This document shows positions 56,475 through 64,000 of a stretch of DNA of 64,000 nucleotides, in pieces. The number at the start of each line of letters is the position of its first letter. Position 1 is the stretch's first letter. Origin of the DNA: Diadema antillarum (taxonomy: Eukaryota); contig NW_027271450.1 of NCBI RefSeq assembly GCF_040938485.1, positions 310,001-374,000 on the forward strand. The letters are read 5' to 3'. A program made the translations under genes and the position numbers. Under the pieces are notes generated by a model, which was not told where the DNA came from, made no database searches, and worked only from the letters and a program-made list of their open reading frames with translations.

Positions 56475-56786
56475 TTTTGCGAGATATTTAGAAACCACTA
56501 TGAAAATGTTAAAGAGCATACAATTCTGAGGGGAATCAAAGGTTTATTTGATGACTGAGATATCTAAAAACAAGGTAAAACAAAGAGATGTTAATAAAAG
56601 TCATGGCCTGTCAATTTTATTTGGGTCGCTTTTTTGGACAACTCAGCCATTTCAAGATCAATTTTTTCACATTTTGATAAACATTGAATCCTTCTTGAAA
56701 TTACATGCTCTTTCGTATTTCATAAGAGGTTTCTCGCCAAAAAAATTAACCTGACGTTAGGTCTCGACCAAAACTATACGATCCCT
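56475..56786. mobile_element. Kolobok-like MITE family D, partial copy
   Basis: Aligns by eye with the 59465 copy from TTTTGCGAGATA to AGGTCTCGACCAAAACTATACGATCCCT|TTAA; left end replaced by other sequence. Confidence 0.6.
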
Positions 56787-59464
56787 TTAAACTTCATACA
56801 ACGCAATATCAGAGACTGGGATAGTATGGTAGCATTTTTTTTAAACTGGAAACATTGTTAAACATTGCATTTTGATATGAAACCATGCTACCTTGCTGGA
56901 TAATTTTGCTTTGACTGTACCGGTGTACCAGTGTACCAGGAATATTTGCTCACAACCATGACAACAGGGAGGTGGATGAGAGACCTCCCAGCTCACAACC
57001 AGACAGGCAGAGGGTTGGGCATGGAGACAAAAGAAAATGTACCTCCATGGGTTGGGCCATCTTTCGGGAGAGGCAATAAATGGATGGAGAGCTATAAGTG
57101 ATGTGATTGGTTTGTTTGTGGTGGGGTGGGGCTGGATGGGATATGGGGGAGGGTAGCCAGGTGAAAGCTGATACCATGATTGCTGCTGACACTGGTGCCC
57201 CCAATAAACAAACCTGGGTGAAGTGATTTAGGTCTGGGGTCACCTCAGGTAAAAGGTCACAGTGAGGTCTCCATTGTCAGTCTGTGACTAATACATCACC
57301 TCCCTTAGGCTGGTTTACCAGTAAACAATCTTTCTAGTCCAAGTTGACGGGCTGAAATTTTGGCCCCTCTTTAAATTTGGAATAGTCTAATTTCAGATAT
57401 TTTTTAAAACTGAATTGCTACTTTTGTATGTCATCAATCTCTGACATAAAACTTTCATTAGGTGAGATTTTAGAGGAATTCAACAGAAAACCCTCCCATT
57501 GACCGGAAGAGTAGAAGAGAAAAGCAAAGAGGGGGAAATAGGATTGCAGTGAGGTAGTTTTCTTTTAATGTGTAATTCATAGCCTGATCAATCAACATAG
57601 ATTTAGAATGTTGGCTTAGTGCACAATAGGGTTTCAATTTCATGATCAACAAATGCAATTATTTTATGTAAGTGCAGGGAGGTGGAAAGTAAGTGTAACA
57701 TTTTGTAAAACATCACTTTTTGGTAGAATTACAGAGCTATTTTTGAAGGAAAAAAGAAACGAGAACAGTGACTTACTTTGGCTCATCATTCATCTTACAT
57801 TAAAAGTTTAGAGTCTTGGAATAAGCGTTTTCCTAATGTACACAAGATGCACCAATCATTGGGACTAACATGTAGCAAAGCAGTTTTAACTTTGAATGGA
57901 CAGGTAACCGAGGACCTTTTCTTCTGTTAGTCAGTAGAGTCTACCTCACCCTTGGCCTGCTCAACTATGAGGAGTTTATCACCAATCAGATTTCACCCAC
58001 CAGAGCAGCAGACAGCTGCTTGGCCCCCTCCTGCCACCTCCCCCCCCCCCCCCCCCTCCAATGGCCCGGTGAAAGTTTGGGGAAAGTGACTGCCTGCTCT
58101 CTTGCTCACTGTCAAGTCAAGTCGTTGGCGAGGGCAGTCGATGTCACAGGTTCATTGCAGCGAGCAGGCTGAAATGGGCGTCACTCTCCAATCCAGTGCC
58201 CTGCTCTTCTTGCGCCATGTATGGCAAACTACTCATACTGTGGGCTGATTTCAGTCGTGGACAGCTAACCCCACATACGAACCTGGAACTCTACTTTGTC
58301 TAATGAGATGAGGGGAGGGGAATTCCAGAGCTGTGAGCGTGAGCTCTGGCTGATTGGAAGCAGGAGGCTCTGATTCATTTGCTCAGCTGATGTTAGGGAG
58401 TTTGGTAGAGATGAACTGGACGAAGACACTGGAATGCCTACTGGTTTGATGTGACAGTTCTGCAGTGGTGTTTCTGTCATGGTGCTATTGATGCTTTGTG
58501 AGTCCTGAGCCTCTCTGAAGCTGATGTGAGACTTAAAATCTTTATCATGAAATTTGAGCCATCTTCCCCAAGGAGTTAGACACAGGTTGCAAGGTAAACA
58601 CAGAAACACACTTGTTGCTAGATACTGTAAAACCAGAAGTTTTTGCATGCATGATTTTATTTTATTTATTTTTTGAATTTTGTGCGGAGCCAAGAATTTG
58701 TGAAGGTAAAATGCAGGAAGAAGTTCTTGTGCACACAATACATTGAATGCCAGTAGCAATTCATGAAAGTTTCATGCCACAAAAAGGCGGTTGGCTCCAG
58801 TTCACAAAAGTCTGGTGTTGTGAATGTTTGCAGAAACTGTGCAGTGATATCAAAAATTGTTTGTGTGAGGAAAGGGCATGGAGTTTAAGATCTTTCATGA
58901 GGTAAGGATGAGCATGCCGATATTGTCATTGTCTTGTCTGTGAAGGAGTCCATTTCAAGTGATCTCTTTTTTTACTCTGTGATGAGCGAGAACAAACAAG
59001 CAAACCAAATAAATGACACGTGATAGGCGTCATGATGTAAGATTCAGGGATGCTTAATCCTTTGGGTGAGATTCCAAGCAAAGAGGAATTTGAATGGTGT
59101 CCTTCGTCTTATTTCTGTTTTCTGTTCTGTGCAGAGATTGTCATCGTCCATGAAAGTCTGAGTCAATAAACAGTGTGGGCGATAAACTGTGAAGCCCCTC
59201 TCTCTCTCTTTGTGCTGATTACAATACCAGTGACTTCTGTTCACCCCGTGGTGTGAGTTCAAAAGTTTGTCTCTGACTGGGAATATACCCACAGGAGTGA
59301 CCTGCATTGTTTTTGTCATGTCAGTCTGGATCTTGTTAGTGGTGATGTTCGTGTTGTATACTTGGATCTGTTTTTCATGCCCCATAGAGAGACAGTTAAA
59401 GGATTGAACTTGATTGAAGAGAGAGGACAGAAGCAGCAGACTATTAAGAATCAACTTGGATTAA

Positions 59465-59844
59465 AGGGATGGTACATTATTGGTGAGGATGAGAATTGGG
59501 CTTTTAACTTTTTGCGAGATACCAAGAAAACACTTATGAAATAGTACAGAGCATTCCACTCTGAGAGGAATTCAAAGTTTATTTGATGAAAATTGGGTTT
59601 GGAATGACTGAAACATCAAAAAACAAAGTAAAACAAAGGGATCGTTAAAAAGTGTGGGTCCCACACTTCATTAGAATCGCTCTGTTTTGGATATCTTGTT
59701 TCAAAACCAATTTTCATCAAATAAACGTTGAATTCCTCATGGAATTACATGCTCTTTCATATTTCATAAAAGAGATTTCTCATTATCTCACCAAAAAATG
59801 TTAGAAACTTGAAATTAGGTCTCAACCAAAACTATACGACCCCT
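59465..59844. mobile_element. Kolobok-like MITE family D, copy 2
   Basis: TTAA|AGGGATGGTACAT ... ACTATACGACCCCT|TTAA, central hairpin AAGTGTGGGTCCCACACTT. Confidence 0.75.
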
Positions 59845-60001
59845 TTAAACTGTCATACTGGTGATTTTTGTTTTGTTTTGTTCTGTTTGTCCTCTAGAAC
59901 ACATGTCTGCGTGTTGGTAGCTCGCCACAAGATATCAAATTTGATTTTTAGCATGGATTGCACTGTGTACAAAGCAGATACATGTGCATGGTTGTACAAT
60001 G

Positions 60002-60458
60002 CAGGGCCGGCGGAGCGTTTTCAAAAGTGTGGGGGTCCACTTCTGGGCTTCATGAGCTAACAAGCAAAAAAAAAAAAAAAGGTCCTCAGCTCATCTCTCC
60101 CCTTCCATTTCCGGGTTTCTTCAGCTGACAAGCAAAAAAAAAAAGTCCTCAGCTCATCTCTCCCCTTCCATTTCCGGGTTTCTTCAGCTGACAAGCAAAA
60201 AAAAAAAAAGTCCTCAGCTCATCTCTCCCCTTCCATTTCCGGGTTTCTTCAGCTGACAAGCAAAGAAAAAAGTCGTCAGCTCAGCCTTACTGTGCTCACA
60301 CTTCAAGATCTCTATTTCTATTTAGTGCCATTTACGTACTTCCGGGTTAAAAAAAGTGTGGGGGCCCAAAGTGATGACACCTTATGTATTCCTTTGTATG
60401 GTGCACAAAAAGTGTGGGGGCCCGAGCCCCCACGGCCCCCACGGTTCCGCCGGCCATG
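60002..60458. mobile_element. hAT-like non-autonomous element with an internal tandem array
   Basis: CAGGGCCGGCGGAGC ... GTTCCGCCGGCCATG (13/15 inverted match), CAATG directly on both sides, repeated AAAAGTGTGGGGG subterminal motifs. Confidence 0.65.
60061..60286. repeat. About 63-68 bp tandem repeat, 3 full copies plus a partial
   Basis: Unit CAAGC(A)nGTCCTCAGCTCATCTCTCCCCTTCCATTTCCGGGTTTCTTCAGCTGA starting at 60061, 60129, 60192, 60257; full units differ mainly in A-tract length. Confidence 0.92.
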
Positions 60459-62443
60459 CAATGTACATTTGTACATATGTATACATTGTAGAAGTACAAT
60501 TCTTAAGGAAATTCAAGTTGAGAGCATTGTCTTTCCAAGTTAGCTTTTTACAGCTGAAACCAAGGCAGTTTTGACTATCACCATGTTTATCATAATTACC
60601 TATATATTCATGAAGTGTTCATTGTCATTGTTTTACTTTTTATGTCTATTAGCATGTACTGTACATTGCATATCTAGACGTGATGATGATTATCATTAAC
60701 TTTATTTGTTTCGTGTACAAAGTGTAGGAGGCCTACAGTACATGTACAACACTGTACAATGTGCAGTACTGTATATTGGTACTGTATCATCAGCAGCAGC
60801 AATTTTAAAAATGTAAAACTTTTTTGTTTTAAAATTTCTATTGGATGTTTTACACCTGAATTCTAAAATACAATGTACATTGTATGTCTATCTGTATGCA
60901 GACTTCAAGTTTTTATGTGTAGACATATGCCATACAACTAAATGATATTTACAGCTTTTTCCATTAATTTGTATCATGTTATTCAGTATTTTCATGAGAA
61001 AGTTGTGGTACAGAGATTTTCTTTGCCCATGGAGTACCCACCTCCCCTCACTGCAGTTGACTTGTGGGCATTCTGTCATGAATGTACATCTAGATCATAT
61101 CTTTTTCTATGGGAATAGTACTGTCCGTGTTTATTTCATATACAAGATGCAGATGCAGAATGAAAATCTGTACACTACAATCAGTGTATGCTTTTCTGAA
61201 GGGTATCTCTCATAGGTAACTGGAGATAATGTATTTTCTTTTTTCTTCTTGTCACTGGATACCTGTCTGCTCTTGTTTTAATCACTTCCAAATAATGTTA
61301 ACCTACAGGGGCATTGATATCTCCATCATGTGTTTATTCATACCTACACTGTAACTTCATTCCCGGTTAAAAATTTCTAAAGAATACTATTAAACATTTG
61401 TCATTGCTGCATCTAAATGTAGTTCTTAGAAACTCAGGGTGCTACATTTTTATGTAGGCCCTATGTTTTAAAACTTTTTTTTTCTTTACTGTTGACAGAA
61501 GAAAAAATATGATGACTGTTGTTGTTGTCCTTTTTGCTTACAAGTGTTAGATTATATGCAGATGACTTCTTCATTTTTGTGTAAATGCAAACAAGCGATG
61601 AATTTTTAATACTGCCATTTCCATAGATCTGCATATCAAGATTTCCGCAGTTCCTATTAATGAAGAAATTGTGTTATTGGGAAAAAATTCTTTGTCACTG
61701 CCCATTTTAGCATTTTGTATAATTACAAACTTTGTATTATGTTCAGTCTTTTTTCATAGTCTGTAAAGGAATAATGAAATCACATAATCGACCTCTGTGT
61801 ATGTGTTCCTATGTGTATTCTTTTTAATGATTCACAATGCTTCAGGCCATTGCCCTTCCAAGGATTTTTTGTTTGTTTTTGGTAGTTTCATCGTGACTCA
61901 AAAGACCTGTATTTTAGCACATTAAATTTCATGAACGATTTCCTGCAATTTGACACCGTATTCTTCTCAATTCCCTTGGGCTTCATGCAAGTGAAGATGG
62001 ATAAATACCATAGACTTCACGTAGAAGTTCATATTACTCCAGTCACACCGATGACTCAACCCAGAGCAAAATTCTCATCTCAAAAATAGTTGGGTCTTTG
62101 GCAGTTTGGCTGATATTTTCACTTCCTGCCAGATACTATATCAACTTGATCAAAAGACTTGCATGTAGAAGCTGACGAGATGTTTATCTTTGATCTGATG
62201 CAAGATTCATAGCGAGTTAATTTCATTTTGAAGTATGGCAGTGTAGAGAAACAAAGAAATCACAGGTCCTGACATTACAGTCGTAAGATTAACTCTGTTA
62301 GATTTTTATTAATGGTTATCTTCTCTTTATCATTTTTGTCATCTGCAGATTCTTCAGGAGATAAAATAAACTTGGCACTCGTGGAAAAGCAATAGCTGTG
62401 GGGATATTCTTAACAGTCGGAAACTCCCCACACAAGAGAAGAC

Positions 62444-64000
62444 ATGATTGAGGAACAGAAAGCCAGCAATGCTGCTTGTGAAACCTTCGAGCAGCACCGC
62501 TTTAAAGGCCATCTTTGTGTCCACTGCTTCAAGCCCAAAGCAGCTCATGCTGTGGAAGGTGAGAAGATTGCAGCTCTTGATAACAACATCAACGAGTCTC
62601 AAGGGATGGAGAGCAAACCAATTCACTACAAGTATGACATTCCCAAAGTCATCCTGCGCAACCAGAATAACCTTCAGAAAGATGGGACGAAAGGGAGGGG
62701 CGAGAAGCCGACAGACAGGAATAACAGGAAGAAGGTGAAGGAGAAAGTCAAGCCAGTGGGACCTCAGAGTTCGAGACGAGACACGAGCGGTAAACCGCCC
62801 GATTCCAACGTCATTGCTCTCAACATTCCTGTGGATGCACCAATGCCAGCTTCTGTGGATAATGTGGCATCAGTGAATGGTGAATCAACAAGAGGAGGGA
62901 TGAACGTGGGTGACTCATCCTCGGAGAGTGGAAGCGTGAATGTCAACTTGCCAGTGCAGGAGCCCAACGGGAACATCTTACCAAACTCTTCCTCAGAGAG
63001 TGAAGCAGATAGTGGGCTCAGCAGCAATGTCAACAAACACTTGAGGCGAGCACTTCGCCCTGTACAAAAACCAGCCAGCCCACCAAAGAATCAGGAAAGG
63101 AACAGTCGAGACCCAGATCTTCCCGAGTTTGTGAAAGTCGCCAAGAATCTTAGACACATCCAGTCACTGATTACATCAGCAGGAGAGGTTCATAGCAGTA
63201 ACAATAACAACCACTCCATGGTGGAACCAGAGGTAGCTCTGACCGACTTGCCTGACCTACCCAATGTGATCGGAAATGATGGAATTGCTGAAGACCAACA
63301 GCGTCTGGTTGAAGCGAAGACAAAACTCTCGTCTGCAGTGGGGCATATTGTCCTGAACTCTCAAACAACATTAACAGGTCATGAGACTCTCCCGAAAAAT
63401 ATTGGCAAAGTGAGACCCTCAATTCAGCCGCTCACGAAACATCGCCGCCAAACGTCTGATCCTGCCGTGTTCATTCCTTCGGAGAAAGAGGAAATTTCAG
63501 TGAACGTTAGTAAAGATGTCAATGAAATGAGTGATGATATTCAGACTGAAAATGTGATGGTGAGAAATAGCCAGCTGAGCTCCGATGTTTACTTTGGCAA
63601 ACCCTCTGCGCAGTCCACAGAGAAGCGCAGTGTTGACATTGGGCAAGAGGATTTTGTGCCGCGATACGGACATGTGGCAGATTGCGTCACAATCATCTCT
63701 ATGACAGGGGAAGTGTCACATCGTTACAATGGTGAGAGTTCTGGTGGCAGTAGTATGAGGGAGGATAGTGGAACAAGTCACCAAAGCCAAGAGACCACTA
63801 CCAGTCCCTACAGAGTTGTCGATCTTGGTGACAATCAACCTGAAGTGCCTGAGGGAGAGAGTATATTAGAGGTCAAAGGACATGACATGCCATCAAGCAG
63901 CAACAGCAGCAATAGGCTGTCTCAGGAGCTTGATGAAGGAGTTGGTTTAGCTCAGCAGGAAGACACTATGGTCCAATCCAAGGATCCATCTGCTCGCTTC
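62444..64000 (+). CDS. PEAK1: PEAK1/pragmin (SgK269/SgK223)-like protein, first coding exon, 3'-partial
   Basis: 519 codons open to the window end; ATG 62444 is preceded by in-frame TAG (62393) and a pyrimidine-rich acceptor ending at 62348. N-terminus MIEEQKASNAACETFEQHRFKGHLCVHCFKPKAAH resembles the human PEAK1 N-terminus as I recall it (ACNTFTEHVWKPGECKNCFKPKSLH), followed by a long low-complexity S/E/N/P-rich region. The pseudokinase domain is outside the window, so orthology is provisional. Confidence 0.62.
   Translation, partial: MIEEQKASNAACETFEQHRFKGHLCVHCFKPKAAHAVEGEKIAALDNNINESQGMESKPIHYKYDIPKVILRNQNNLQKDGTKGRGEKPTDRNNRKKVKEKVKPVGPQSSRRDTSGKPPDSNVIALNIPVDAPMPASVDNVASVNGESTRGGMNVGDSSSESGSVNVNLPVQEPNGNILPNSSSESEADSGLSSNVNKHLRRALRPVQKPASPPKNQERNSRDPDLPEFVKVAKNLRHIQSLITSAGEVHSSNNNNHSMVEPEVALTDLPDLPNVIGNDGIAEDQQRLVEAKTKLSSAVGHIVLNSQTTLTGHETLPKNIGKVRPSIQPLTKHRRQTSDPAVFIPSEKEEISVNVSKDVNEMSDDIQTENVMVRNSQLSSDVYFGKPSAQSTEKRSVDIGQEDFVPRYGHVADCVTIISMTGEVSHRYNGESSGGSSMREDSGTSHQSQETTTSPYRVVDLGDNQPEVPEGESILEVKGHDMPSSSNSSNRLSQELDEGVGLAQQEDTMVQSKDPSARF

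Noticed and set aside
50029-59454. Longer ORFs in the CpG-poor region (50029-50514, 58265-58759, 59044-59454)
   Set aside because: Low-complexity composition, no domain motifs and no coherent splice structure; consistent with chance intronic ORFs.
60061-60286. CRISPR-like array (also 40616-40736)
   Set aside because: Units are contiguous with no unique spacers, no cas genes, and the context is eukaryotic.

Overview
Eukaryotic, AT-rich (about 37% GC by eye), intron-containing DNA, most consistent with an invertebrate deuterostome such as a sea urchin (inference from a Deu-domain SINE and the repeat content). Bases 621-38400 hold a tandem cluster of four secreted type-B carboxylesterase/cholinesterase-family paralogs that I assembled exon by exon: gene 1 on + (9 exons, 613 aa), convergent with genes 2, 3 and 4 on - (8 exons each; 606 aa, frameshifted, 616 aa). 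All four encode a signal peptide, the Ser/Glu/His triad motifs, three disulfide pairs and a separate last exon resembling the acetylcholinesterase T-peptide (WAT tetramerization domain). All four lack the choline-binding Trp84 and most aromatic gorge residues, so they look like oligomerizing esterases with a different substrate. Gene 3 is broken by a single 5-bp TA-GGC-TA insertion that resembles a DNA-transposon excision footprint; a nearby tandem duplication shows two more TA-to-footprint changes, and TAGGCCTA is over-represented. After about 41.9 kb the DNA is CpG-depleted and apparently intronic, leading to a large open exon (62444 to window end, absent from the ORF track) whose N-terminus matches PEAK1/pragmin pseudokinases. 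Many non-autonomous elements are present (TTAA-flanked Kolobok-like and piggyBac-like MITEs, a CACTA-like element, tRNA-derived SINEs, a LINE 3' end, a Penelope-like remnant with degenerate hammerhead motifs). Family assignments come from motif recognition by eye; no database search was run.
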